64,000 nucleotides of DNA, taken from positions 496,001-560,000 of the forward strand of contig BCGN01000001.1 in NCBI GenBank assembly GCA_001599295.1. Direction: 5' to 3'. Under the pieces are notes generated by a model. It was given only the letters and a program-made list of their open reading frames with translations, made no database searches and was not told the origin of the DNA. A program made the translations under genes and the position numbers. This DNA is from Sporopachydermia quercuum. Lineage: Eukaryota. Shown in pieces: positions 11,609-23,128 of this stretch. Every line of letters starts with the position of its first letter. The first letter of the stretch is position 1.

Positions 11609-11671
11609 GCGCGTATAAGAAGATGAAAAGTAACTTGATTCTCATTACAATCATATATCAAGTTTTCGCGT
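11609..11671 (-). promoter_or_regulatory. MCB/SCB-like CGCG elements upstream of DUT1
   Basis: ACGCGC (11609-11614) and ACGCGAAA (11664-11671) on the minus strand, 90-150 nt upstream of the DUT1 ATG; consistent with G1/S regulation of a dNTP gene. Confidence 0.45.
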
Positions 11672-11791
11672 CAAACTCAATTGCCGTGTATACATGATCA
11701 CGTAATCATATAAACAAACCACACAAACACACAAACACCATAGGAAGGGGTTATTCATAATATCAATCATTTTCAGAGATTGAAAATGTAG

Positions 11792-11800
11792 GTGAGTCAT
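11792..11800. promoter_or_regulatory. Gcn4-type site ATGACTCAC in the DUT1-ARG1 divergent promoter
   Basis: GTGAGTCAT on the plus strand is a consensus RTGACTCAY site; ARG1 is a classic Gcn4 target. Confidence 0.6.
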
Positions 11801-12561
11801 ACATTGAAGTTCCTCTTTGAAGGTTAGTAAACGATAAGAGAACGAGAAGCTGATAACCATACACTGATTTCGTACATAACAAAATATATAGAACAATAGG
11901 TTATATCAACCGCTACCAACTATCTCAGTTTACATATATTTGAAACCGCACTTTAATTAGAAAACAATGATACAATTATATTTTCTAATCCAATTGATTT
12001 TGTTAATTTTGTTAACTGACTTATCTGTCATACATCCCATCCCATTCCTATCCTGCAGTAGATGCAGATCACCCTAAACTTTGCACTCAAAACACATGGT
12101 AAGAATCAAATATCAACTAGCAACTAGTAATGATTGAATAATACAAATTTTTTTCTTCACTTTCTGCTAAAATTCAAAGGTTCCCAAAAATATCATATCT
12201 TTCATAACATTTTAATTGAAATTTTGCTTTTTTTTTTTTGACATCTCCATCCTCAACTCATAGTTCATTCATAATTCATTCATAAAACTTCTCCCATAAA
12301 AATTCGATTGGTTGACTATCCATATTAGGAAAGTAACTAACTAACAAATTTTCAGGGTGATCGACAGAGGAGGAATACCTCTGGACGTTTTTCTTTGAAC
12401 ATCTTTGATAATTTGATTTTTAGTTTCATCATAATTAGGAGCAATAATCAATTGAATTTTTTATTTGTCAGCAGGTATAATTTTTCTTATTGATTGATAA
12501 TATAGCATTATAATTAGTGAGTTATATTGTATTTATAGTAAAATATATAATTGTCAGCAGA

Positions 12562-13818
12562 ATGTCGAAGGGAAAAGTTTGTCTTGCTTACTCTGGAGGT
12601 TTAGATACCTCCATTATCCTTGCTTGGTTATTGGAACAAGGATACGAAGTCATTGCCTTTATGGCCAATATTGGTCAAGAAGAAGATTTTGATGCTGCTA
12701 GAGAAAAAGCTTTGAAGATTGGAGCTACGAAATATGTCTTGGTAGACGTTAGAGAAGAATTTGTCAAGGAATTATGTTTCCCTGCCATCCAAGTCAATGC
12801 TATCTACGAAAATGTTTATCTTTTAGGAACTTCCTTGGCTAGACCTGTTATCGCTAAAGCTCAAATCAAGGTTGCTCAAGAAGAAGGCTGTTTTGCTGTT
12901 TCTCATGGTTGTACTGGTAAGGGTAATGATCAGGTTAGATTTGAATTGAGTTTCTATGCTTTACAACCTGACATCAAGGTCATTGCTCCATGGAGAGATC
13001 CTGAATTTTTCAACAGATTTGCTGGAAGAAACGATCTCCTAGAGTATGCTGCTGAAAAGGACATTCCAGTTGCTCAAACTAAAGCTAAGCCTTGGTCAAC
13101 TGATGAAAACTTGGCTCATATTTCTTTTGAAGCAGGTATTTTGGAAGACCCCAATACCACCCCTCCTAAGGATATGTGGAAACTCACGGTTGATCCTACT
13201 GATGCACCTGATATACCAGAAGATATTACTATAGTTTTCAACAAGGGTATTCCCACTTCCTTGAAGTACTCTGATGATAACGGTGCTACTATTACTGAAG
13301 TTACTGAACCCGTTGAGCTCTTCCTTACAGCTAACAAGATCGCTCGTAGAAATGGTGTTGGTAGAATCGATATTGTTGAAAACAGATTCATTGGTATCAA
13401 GTCTAGAGGTTGTTACGAAACTCCCGGTTTAACCATCCTTCGATCTGCCCACATTGATTTGGAAGGTCTTGTTATGGACCGTGAAGTCAGAGCCATTAGA
13501 GATACTTTTGTCACTCCTTCTTATTCTCGTCAATTATACAATGGTATGTACTACACTCCCGAATGTGAATATGTTAGATCAATGATTCCTCCTTCTCAAG
13601 AAACTGTCAATGGTGTTGTCAGAGCTAGATTATATAAAGGTTCTTTCAGCATCTTAGGTAGATACTCTGATACCGAAAAGCTTTATGATGCTACTGAATC
13701 TTCTATGGATGAATTAGAAGGTTTCGAACCTCAAGACACTACTGGTTTCATTGCTGTTCAAGCTATCAGAATCAAGAAATACGGTGAAACCAAGTTGGCC
13801 AAAGGTGAATCTTTGTAA
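12562..13818 (+). CDS. ARG1: Argininosuccinate synthase, 418 aa
   Basis: Start MSKGKVCLAYSGGLDTS at ATG 12562 (the track's GTG start is unlikely); motifs HGCTGKGNDQVRFE and KSRGCYETPG. Confidence 0.97.
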   Translation: MSKGKVCLAYSGGLDTSIILAWLLEQGYEVIAFMANIGQEEDFDAAREKALKIGATKYVLVDVREEFVKELCFPAIQVNAIYENVYLLGTSLARPVIAKAQIKVAQEEGCFAVSHGCTGKGNDQVRFELSFYALQPDIKVIAPWRDPEFFNRFAGRNDLLEYAAEKDIPVAQTKAKPWSTDENLAHISFEAGILEDPNTTPPKDMWKLTVDPTDAPDIPEDITIVFNKGIPTSLKYSDDNGATITEVTEPVELFLTANKIARRNGVGRIDIVENRFIGIKSRGCYETPGLTILRSAHIDLEGLVMDREVRAIRDTFVTPSYSRQLYNGMYYTPECEYVRSMIPPSQETVNGVVRARLYKGSFSILGRYSDTEKLYDATESSMDELEGFEPQDTTGFIAVQAIRIKKYGETKLAKGESL

Positions 13819-14224
13819 ATTGTCTGTCTCCGCTTTTGATATATGTATTTAAATTTATAAAATTTCACATAAATATAATATCTTTGTTGTAACTATGAGA
13901 TTATTATGGAATTCATCAGCTGAAACTACCAGTAGTTGGATCAATCTCATCATAGAGCTAAGTTGTTACGCATATTCTATGCATATTCCAATTGTACTTC
14001 CACAAGTTGTGGAGTAAAAAGGTAAAATGAGTGTAGTTTATCAAATAGTTACAAAGTACTGAGGAAATCAACATTAAGAAACATAAATATATAATCCGTA
14101 CTATCATAACATCATAAATCATATAATGACCAGTGCTATAAAAAATTGTCATCGAATAGATGAATTGAATAAATACAACAAAGAAACAAGAAAACAAAAC
14201 GTCCTAATAACCCTTTCTATAANA

Positions 14225-15286
14225 TCATAAGAAATATTCGCTTCTGGAAGCTTTTTGGGGAGCCATTTTCAAAGTATCATCAGGTACAGCACTAAATATC
14301 TTGAAAGTTGGCCCACAATCTCCACCTTTACCGTCTGTAATTTTATCGACTTTCATTACACTAGCGACATTACCACACCTATAGCAATAGTTAGGCGCAC
14401 TCCACACCGTCACCACATCTTTATCTTTGAAATGATATCTAAACCCTTCCATCACTAACTGATGCGCTCGGGCAACTAGATTTAAGTTGTTCACATGATT
14501 GAATTCTCTTGCTACTCGTTCTCCAAACAGCCAACCGGCACCTCTAGATGAAACAGCCCAAGTTTCAACGTTATCAGGATCAGACCAAACAAGATCACAG
14601 AATCCACCTTCATGGGGAACTTCTTGAGCTCTGCTTAAAACCCTAATTTGATCCAACATGCGAATTTCTGGTGAAAGTCCTCCGTGAACACATAAAATCT
14701 TACCATCAATGATAGCGGAAAGTGTGAGGAAATCAAATACTTGGCAACAATATTTCCAAACGGTGGTACTTCCATATTTATTCAAACATTCTTCATAAAA
14801 CCCATATACTTGAGTGATTTGACGAGATTCATGATTGCCACGAACTAACGTTATTCGTTGAGGATATTTCACCTTTAGGCACATCAACAATGTGAAAGTT
14901 TCCAAACTAAAGTAACCTCTATCTACATAATCTCCCAAAAATATATAATTAACTTGATCAGGAAGTCCACCACTTATGCGAAATAATTCCAATAGATCAT
15001 GAAATTGACCATGAATATCACTATGGGTTATGTTAGTGCTGTTTCCGTAACTGCTGTCGAGAAAAAAAAGCGAATCCATGATTGATCAAATCTCAAAGCC
15101 AGAATATCTTCATTTACTCAGTAACACTTACCCACAAACTGTCACAGGAGTCTGCACAGGTTGAATATTCGACTCCTCCATTAGTAGTTCTTTAACCATT
15201 TCGCATAGTTGTTTCATATCAGATTCTGGTAGAGGTTCACATTTTTTCACCTCTTCCAGCCATTGGTCAGGGCCTCGTTCTGGCAT
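14225..15286 (-). CDS. SIT4: PP2A-like (PP6) Ser/Thr phosphatase; exons 15286-15132 and 15020-14225
   Basis: Intron 15021-15131 (GTAAGT...CACTAAC...TAG) restores [12 protein letters not shown]...[13 protein letters not shown]. Motifs GDYVDRG and RGNHE, C-terminal YFL. Confidence 0.95.
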
Positions 15287-15806
15287 ATTGGAATTCGAAT
15301 GATGCTATCTATGCTTATGAATTATGAGTATTAACCGATGTAAATCTTATTCAATAATAGGATGGTTTGATTGGCTTGAAAAGCCAGAAGGAGAGTCGAT
15401 GACTTTATCAACAAGCTCTTCTTTTGCTTGCCTGTCTAACTAAACCTTTATTATATTCGCTTCTCACTGAGTGAATATGTTAGACCACCTCTCTCAATAC
15501 AAACCAGAACAAAACGACAGATGCTGATTTGTATTACAAATCTACTCACGTTTTACTATAATAAATTGCTTGAAACAATGTTCTATTAATGCTTCTTGCA
15601 AGTTTACTTTTAATTTCTTATCATTTATGTGTGTGCAATGAGTTCGCCATTTACTAGTAGAAAGTCTCCCTCTATAGGTCCTGTCTGTCCTATCTGGTTG
15701 TCCAATCTCACAACAACCATACATGGCTTTAAATCTACTCGCTATTGAGTAGACAGACAAAAGCATAGAGTGATGGTGTATTTTGACGTCTCATTTCGTT
15801 CAAGGG

Positions 15807-15814
15807 TTACCCGG
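15807..15814 (+). promoter_or_regulatory. Reb1-type site TTACCCGG upstream of SIT4
   Basis: Perfect 8-mer with a CRE-like TGACGTC at 15784-15790 nearby. Confidence 0.45.
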
Positions 15815-16224
15815 ATGAATGGAGCAGAAAAAAGTGAGTAACATGCATATTTTTGATTACATAATAATAGTGTGGGTAAACTAGACCGTAGGTATTTGTT
15901 TGATAAGATATGAAGCTAATGAAGAGCTACAGAGTGAGTGCATTCTAAAAGAGGTATCAAATTGATTAGTTCACAAAGTGAATAAATTAATATATTTGTA
16001 TGTACGTATAGGTATAATAAAATACAACAAGTGCCTGAATACACTGTTTGATGAGCAGAAATGGGTTAGTAGAAAGCATACTGATGGGCACCCGCGTGGT
16101 AGGAGGACCATTATAATTCATAGACGATGATTTGCAGACTGTCAAACTGGAGGTATAGGATACAATGAGTGGTAAAGATCTTTGTTTTGTTTCTGCAATA
16201 AACAACCATTTATATAACTTTGAG

Positions 16225-18060
16225 TTAATGAAGCATCCATTCTTCTTCTGGTATAGGCTTTGAGTACTTCTTATTGAACAATTGACTGACATTCATAACC
16301 GGATCAGACCTACTAAGACCTACCATTCGTCTCTTGATGTACAAGAAACCACGAACATATCCTTGAGAAATAAGACTAGTACATAAACCCTCAATTTCTA
16401 AATCAACGTCATTTTGTCCTTTAATTCTGTTTTCAGCACCCTCTAGAGACTCTCTTAGTAATAGTCCTGACATTGGAACAAGATTCAACTCCTGTTCGAA
16501 AGTATGATTAGCACCCAGAATGGTATCTAAAAGCTGCTTCAAACCGTAGAGATTATTCTGTAGCTTTATCCCATTAGTTGTATTTCCGGTTTGAAATCCA
16601 TTTTGGACGAAGAAGCCAGATACATTTTCTGCGCCCTGTATAGTTGAAAATAATAGTGCATGCTTAATCAAATCATAAGGTAATTCATGACTATTCATAA
16701 CGCTAAGTTGAAAGTTTGCTAACTGACTAATTAAAGATCGCATGATTAGTAGAGGAAAAGTATTCATAATCAATATTAGCACTTCATGGCTGTGAAAATA
16801 CTGATGATAATTGGTTATATGAGTGATATATTGCCCAAAGTTTCCGTACTTCACACTTTCAACTAAAGGGAGTATTTCGTCCTGTAACCCAAATACTGCT
16901 AGAGTTTGCCTTTTGGGTAAAATGCCTCTGATTATGGAACAAATAGATAAATACCTCAGGATTCGTCTAGTGTTTCGTTTAGTACTTGATACATTTAAAT
17001 TTCCATTAACATCATTCAATATTTCCTTAAAAGCAGTGAACAGATGATTGTAAGATTGGGAGAAGTTGTATTCCAGTATGTAGTACTTTCCAATTGCATA
17101 GCGATACTCAATCATTTCGCTCTTCGGATAATCAGAATACTTCAAATCAGATGGGCTGTATCTACCAAACGCATCAACACTTGTTTGACGTTTGCTCACG
17201 GAAGATGGGTCAACAGAATTTTTTAGTGTGTTGTCAATTGCAGCCAATACAGGCTTGAATAAGTTATAAGTTTTATTATGCATGAATATTCTAAACTGCT
17301 GATTGGTAACAAAAAACAATAACCCTTTCTTCGTTGACCAGAGCTTTTGTTGCTTTGGTGGTATATTGCTACCACTGTAATTAATATTTTGCCCCGCTGG
17401 AGATGAATCATTTCCTACTATTTTTCGATCGTTCCTTATAGTACCGGATATGTTGTTCAATAGAAAGGCTATTCTTGATGATCTCGGGGGTTGTTTAAAT
17501 GTTGGAGAGTAAACATCGTCCAACTTCATAGATAATGGGACCACCAATTTGATAATTGACTTTAAAACTCTTTGGAATAGAATACCAATGCTATTAGAGT
17601 AGCATGAGCTTAAAACTGAGAATATAGCTTCCAATAATTCAAAAGTCAAACATTCATCTTGTGGATTGACGTTCTTACAGAAGTTTAGGTATTCTTTAAC
17701 TAAAGCATCAAATGATGGCCAATCTCCATCAAAAAACTTAGTTTTTGCAATAACCGCCTCGATTTTTATTTTATTCTAGAATATATTAGTAGATAAACAA
17801 CAGAATAAAAGCAATCGAGTAAGAAATAATATTCCACGTTTACTAATTACCGAGGAGGTACCATTAACCTCAAATCAGCTCACTTGACTTACCTCTATAA
17901 TGTTGTTTTGTAGAGATGCTACATGACCGTCAGTCAAGGTAAATGTAAACAAAGTATCAAGTCCTAGTTGCAATTCAAGTAGTTTCTGTGGATTTTGAGT
18001 GTATTCATTAGTAGAATTTTTGATCTGGTTCAGCAAAGTTTGAACATCAATGATACGCAT
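16225..18060 (-). CDS. THP1: PCI-domain protein, Thp1/PCID2 (TREX-2)-like; exons 18060-17893 and 17775-16225
   Basis: Intron 17776-17892 (GTAAGT...TACTAAT...TAG) joins ORFs 17875-18066 and 16225-17649 in frame (WPSFDALVKEYLNFCKNVNP). PCI-family motifs YPKSEMIEYRYAIGKYY and IEGLCTSLISQGYVRG. Confidence 0.72.
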
Positions 18061-18898
18061 CTTCAATGTCTAATCAAAATCTACCAAGATCTGCCTACGC
18101 AGTACACAATCAAATGTGGGTCGAAATGGTCACTATTGAGTTTTTCTAGTTACCTTCTCGACAGCCTAATTTGAAACAAATACATATTTATCTGTATAGA
18201 TAATCATATATGAACATTATAAGAAGTATAGAAACCAAATCAATATCATTGTTTATTTTATGTTGCGCACCCTGCGTTTTTTCGTTTTTAGGCATTCCAC
18301 ATGGTCTCCGCTATTTGATTACAGCAAATATTTCGGAAACTATTTACCATGGAGCTCATCTTCAGGTGGTGGAAGCATCAAACCAATATACTTATCTGGA
18401 GGAATTAACGTTGGCAAGGATAGAATTGTATATGACTTAGAATAAACAAGTCGAATGGGAATGAAAGGAAACTGGATTGAAAGAGGTTGTTTTTGGTAAA
18501 TAATGATCAACTAGAGAAAGGCAAAGGTTTAAAGCTGACGGTTTGCAATAACATGATCTTTCGCTGGAATTAGAAACCATTGTATTGTATGTTGAAGAGA
18601 AATAAGATAGGAGGATCAATGTGCCGATTTATTAGCAAATAGAACAGAGTGGACTATTTAGGAAGGTTTTATGAGTTAGTGAGAGTTTCCTCCTCCATAG
18701 ACATTGCTTTGCTCTCCAGAAACCAAGTAGATATAGGTACCAGAAGACATCTCATATCTTCCAATCAACCATTCTATGTTCGATTAAGTACTAACGCTGA
18801 AAATCACAGATCATATTAGAGTCATTTTATTCTAACTGATAGAGGGTAGTTTTACTTGAGAGAATTTATTATACCGTTTGTTCTTCAAGTAAGACAGT

Positions 18899-20200
18899 AT
18901 GGAAAAACCAGGACTTCCTTTAACACCAGTTAGAGATTCTAGAGGGTTGATATTGCAAAGAAATGGTCGCAATGTTGACAACGATAAAATGAAAAAGATC
19001 AAGACTCGTCTTGCAGATGCAGGAATTTTAAGGAAAGAGCAAGGAGAAGAGTTTGTTGTTTTAAACAATTCAGAAGAATCTTCTCACAATTTGTACTCAA
19101 AGCTATCAAACTCCCAAACAGTTTATATTCATTCAACAGAACATCAATTAAAACAATCTATTGAAAACAAAATCAAGAACGACATAAATGAAGGTACTGT
19201 TATTAAAGTTCAANTGCTTAGAAACGAACTCAACACAGATATGTTTGTATCCTCAAATTCAGAAGAGAATAGTGCTTGGTATCAACAATATGGAATACCC
19301 ATTCAATATAGATTAGGTCCTATTGGTTCAAAGAGTGAGCTTGTAGATGCTAAATTTTTTACTGAAGGTGAAATAACTAGTTCTCCCGTTTATCGTATGT
19401 TTTTGTTAGCAAATACAATATTTCTAGAAGAGGGGAAGGATAAGAGTAAGAGTAAGGGTAACGCAGCAGTAAAAGCTAGAAAGAGTGCTTTGGATAGGAG
19501 TATCAAATCTCTCAAATCAAACTCAAGGGGCAAAGAAAGAGAAGTGTTAAAAGATAAGTCAAAAGGCTCAGGAAAGATAAAATCTAAATCAAAACCAAAG
19601 ACCAAGTCAAAATCTAAAATGAAAGATAAGCCCAAAGAAAGAGCAAAAGAAAGAAACGGCAACAAGACAAACAATATAGAATCGAAGAAAGATAATGCCA
19701 ATGTGAGTGCACATAGAAATGACCGGAAAGATTTAAGAGAAAGCTCAACTATGAATAAAGTGTCGTCAAAATCGAGGTCAAGATCAAGGAGGACGAGACA
19801 ATCTAAGAATAAATTATCTGAAACGAATATATCTGAGCAGAAAAGCTCATCAAAAGCAGATGCCAACTACATTTCTAAAACAAACATTCAGCTGAATAGG
19901 GATCAAACAAATCTCAAGAGTACCGAGAAAACAGAAAAAGACGATTCGGTTAACAAGAGAAGGAAAGACTCTAGAAAACAGTTTAAAAATAAAAAAGAGT
20001 CAGGAAGATCAGACCAGAAAGGCCAAAAACCTGAGAAACCATCATCTAAACCTGGATTGAAACCCAAATCAGAAGATATCACCGATAACCCAAGTTGTAA
20101 AGGAAANAGTTCCTCAAGCCAAGTCAGTGAAACGGACAATTCATCTCAGAATAAGAAGCATCAAAACAGGAAACGAAAACCTAAGCGTTCAAACGACTGA
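18899..20200 (+). CDS. Hypothetical protein with a Lys/Ser/Arg-rich low-complexity C-terminal half
   Basis: 433-aa ORF; I recognise no family. A TACTAAC...CAG splice-acceptor signal at 18789-18809 leaves the 5' structure unresolved. Confidence 0.6.
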   Translation: MEKPGLPLTPVRDSRGLILQRNGRNVDNDKMKKIKTRLADAGILRKEQGEEFVVLNNSEESSHNLYSKLSNSQTVYIHSTEHQLKQSIENKIKNDINEGTVIKVQXLRNELNTDMFVSSNSEENSAWYQQYGIPIQYRLGPIGSKSELVDAKFFTEGEITSSPVYRMFLLANTIFLEEGKDKSKSKGNAAVKARKSALDRSIKSLKSNSRGKEREVLKDKSKGSGKIKSKSKPKTKSKSKMKDKPKERAKERNGNKTNNIESKKDNANVSAHRNDRKDLRESSTMNKVSSKSRSRSRRTRQSKNKLSETNISEQKSSSKADANYISKTNIQLNRDQTNLKSTEKTEKDDSVNKRRKDSRKQFKNKKESGRSDQKGQKPEKPSSKPGLKPKSEDITDNPSCKGXSSSSQVSETDNSSQNKKHQNRKRKPKRSND

Positions 20201-21025
20201 GCTTATATTTACATCTACCTTGAGACACGATTCACTGGATTGATTGATACTGATCAGTTTCAATACTTTTTCTAGTGGGCTTTTCATAAAGAATTGGAAC
20301 TTTGTTGAAGTAAGCTTTTTTATTAGACAAAGTTTACTGACAAATTTTTCTTCGAGGATTTGATGTCTGTGAGATCAGTCTATGCTTTAAGGCCTCTAAG
20401 GTCTTTTAACATTTTTTTTTGTTCGTTTGATAATTAAGCCGATAATAATGAGAATGTCATCACTTACGAGTATTCGTTGGACATGATACCAAAACAAAGA
20501 ATTAGGCGTTGTTAGCTCATTGTACTCATGAAATTACAAGATCTTGTCAGATTAATGAATAGCATAAGAAGCATTCAGATGGTAAAGTCTACACTTCTTA
20601 CAGTTCACACTCAACAGTCTAATTTCAATGGCATTTTAGAGGTAATTGGATGATCAGTACCTCTAATGCATCCTCTGAAGAAGCTCTAATATTGTGCGTG
20701 GGTCTCTGTAATTGGAGTATAGAATTGTCTTTCTTGATACCTTTTTTAAAAATAAACCTACGAGCAATCAACAATTGTAGTAAACAGTGATCAAACAATT
20801 GTTTAACCTGTTAGAAGATTAATTTTATTAGTACTCTATCTCATATAAATGATTACATCAATTCACATTCTAAGCATATAAAACCATCCTTGATACTCAG
20901 ATAATTTATTAAAACACAAAAATTTCCATCTAGTAAATAGGTGAACAACCGTGATCGAAATTCATTTAATTGAAATACTCTCTTCCGGCATTCGAAAATT
21001 CGTTATCGCTTGATTTCTAGTCCGC

Positions 21026-21427
21026 TTAGAATATAGCATCCAAAGTACAACAAACACATAAGGCGGCACAACAGGCTGCCAAACAACCCATACCAGCAGA
21101 ACTACCGCCGCCACCACCTTGTTGTTGGACGTAAATTGGTTGTTGCTGGGGATGTTGAGGTTGTTGATAATATCCACCTTGGGGTCCACCGTAGCCTTGA
21201 GGTGGAGGATAGCCTTGGTGTCCACCGTAGCCTTGAGGTGGAGGTCCATAGTTGTTGTATCCGCCATATGATTGCGGCGGTTGTTGATTACTGAATAGTC
21301 CTTTATCATTACCAGCATTTGGTGGAGGTCCGGATGGTGGAGCATAATTGTTTTGTCCTGATGATTGATATTTCGTATCCCAGTTCGGAGGTGGCCCAGT
21401 TGGAGGGTCGTATTTTTGATCTGCCAT
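21026..21427 (-). CDS. CYSTM (cysteine-rich transmembrane module) Pro/Gly/Gln/Tyr-rich protein
   Basis: ATG 21427 (MADQKYD), PPPQGYGG repeats and C-terminal GCLAACCAALCVCCTLDAIF. Confidence 0.88.
   Translation of the reverse strand: MADQKYDPPTGPPPNWDTKYQSSGQNNYAPPSGPPPNAGNDKGLFSNQQPPQSYGGYNNYGPPPQGYGGHQGYPPPQGYGGPQGGYYQQPQHPQQQPIYVQQQGGGGGSSAGMGCLAACCAALCVCCTLDAIF
21184..21244. repeat. 25-bp exact direct repeat at 36-bp period inside the CYSTM gene
   Basis: GTCCACCGTAGCCTTGAGGTGGAGG at 21184-21208 and 21220-21244, encoding PPPQGYGG twice. Confidence 0.85.
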
Positions 21428-21689
21428 TTTGCTTATACGAACAATCACAGTAACCAGTTGACGCCAACAGTTATTTTCAAATTCTCAATCCAAGCAGAAT
21501 TCTTTGAGTTGCAAGTTAATCGACTATTATTTGACATCAAATCCAACCTAGCTTCAATATGATCGCTTTTTCTCAACGCCTTTTCGATAGGTTTGCAGCG
21601 AAAAAGTAATGTTATTAATAGGTAGTGATACTAAAACACCTTTTAAGATTTCTCTGTGGTGTGAATTTTGTTGTGAATCCTACCAAATG

Positions 21690-21697
21690 GTCACGTG
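21690..21697. promoter_or_regulatory. Cbf1-type E-box GTCACGTG upstream of the CYSTM gene
   Basis: RTCACGTG consensus; the same motif occurs at 31426-31433 (upstream of DUF1) and 49515-49522 (upstream of BSD2). Confidence 0.35.
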
Positions 21698-23128
21698 TTA
21701 GTGTAAACTGTGAGCTATTTTGGATAGAAATGGGATATTTACGAGATGATGGATAAAGATAAATTTTCTATGCTAATGGTTTCATTGAGTTAAGACTTGC
21801 ACTGCCAACTTCTCTTTGAATTGGGAGATACCATATCTGGGATGTGTTTGGATAAAATGAAAGAATAGAAAGAAATTCTGAGGAAAATTCAGCTATGTGG
21901 TAAGTTATTCTATTTGAATAAGATAGAGAGTCGATATATTGTTTGACTTCTTTCCAATTCCCAAGAATGAAAGAGGGGTAAAGAGGGAGACAACTCAAAC
22001 GGATTATGTAATCTGCCAAATCAAACAGAAGAAAATTGAGAACAGTCGACACTTTCCTCAATGTATGTTTTGAATGAGTAAGAAATATGCAATGGGCTAT
22101 ATCTTAGCTCAGTTAGATTCTTAGAAGAAAATGATTGTCCTCCCGTTTACCAAAATAGCAAAAAGTGCCCCACGTCATAAGAAATTAATCAGACAAATTG
22201 TGCTCACTGATACATTTACTGATTACATAACATCAGAAACCAAATGTAAGTTTGACTGTTTTACACATGCAAGTGAACAATAGGAGAGATAGTGTCTCAT
22301 TATTTGCTAAGCCATAGTTTACCCTAATTCTATGGACAGACGATTGGGACTCACTGGTTGTATTTATCGACTTTTTGTATTGATTGTCCTTGCGAAAATT
22401 GTATATGCTTTCATGCTGCCGCAAGAAAATATTCAACAAGTTGCTTATTATGTAAATAGATAGAAATATATACTGAATGATACGATACATACATACTTCC
22501 CACTTTTTCTGATATGGACATGAACAACCCCTGAAAACACATTTATGCACACAAACTTTCCATTTCCAATTTACTCTGCAAGACAAATCTTGCAATATAT
22601 AATCATTTCTTTATGAGAAACATCAAAGCTAAATAATTTCCTTTTACACTTTGTCTAACGAAAGTGAAAAGCTCTTAATTGTACTTGCTGATCCGCTACT
22701 GGGGTAAATATCCAGTATCCCAACTTTTTGGTCTCCACTCTTCAACTTCTCCAGACTTTTTTTTTTTTACTTTTAATTTACTATGTACATGTAGCCTCTT
22801 AAGCTAGAATTGGAAATAAACGCATCCGAGGAACGAAATGGAGAGCATGAAACCCTGATTGTATTGACATGATTGATGAACATAATCAGAAGGTTTTACA
22901 TTGTCCAGATTACATCTTTATCATTCATAAAAGCAAGATCAGTTATCGTTATTATAATTACTTCCTGGCTGTATATCTTAAAACCTGCCGAGCTGAGAAG
23001 GAGAAGCTGAAGGTGACCATATCCAAAGAAATTGATGTACCAAGAATAGGGAATACAGGCTGAAACCAGATTAAAGATACAGACACTAGCTTATTGATTT
23101 CCTACATTAATTGTTACAAGGAATAAAG

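Noticed and set aside
19390..20139. Minus-strand ORFs of 158 and 78 aa
   Set aside because: Antisense shadows of the Lys-rich ORF. The same applies to most short ORFs overlapping APL4, ARG1, MFAP1, SNF5, ARG7 and RCO1.
22094..22150. tRNA A-box-like TAGCTCAGTTAG
   Set aside because: No downstream GTTCRA T-loop and no acceptor stem.
22869..23063. 64-aa ORF upstream of the acyltransferase as a possible lost N-terminus
   Set aside because: Different frame, no splice signals and no recognisable homology.
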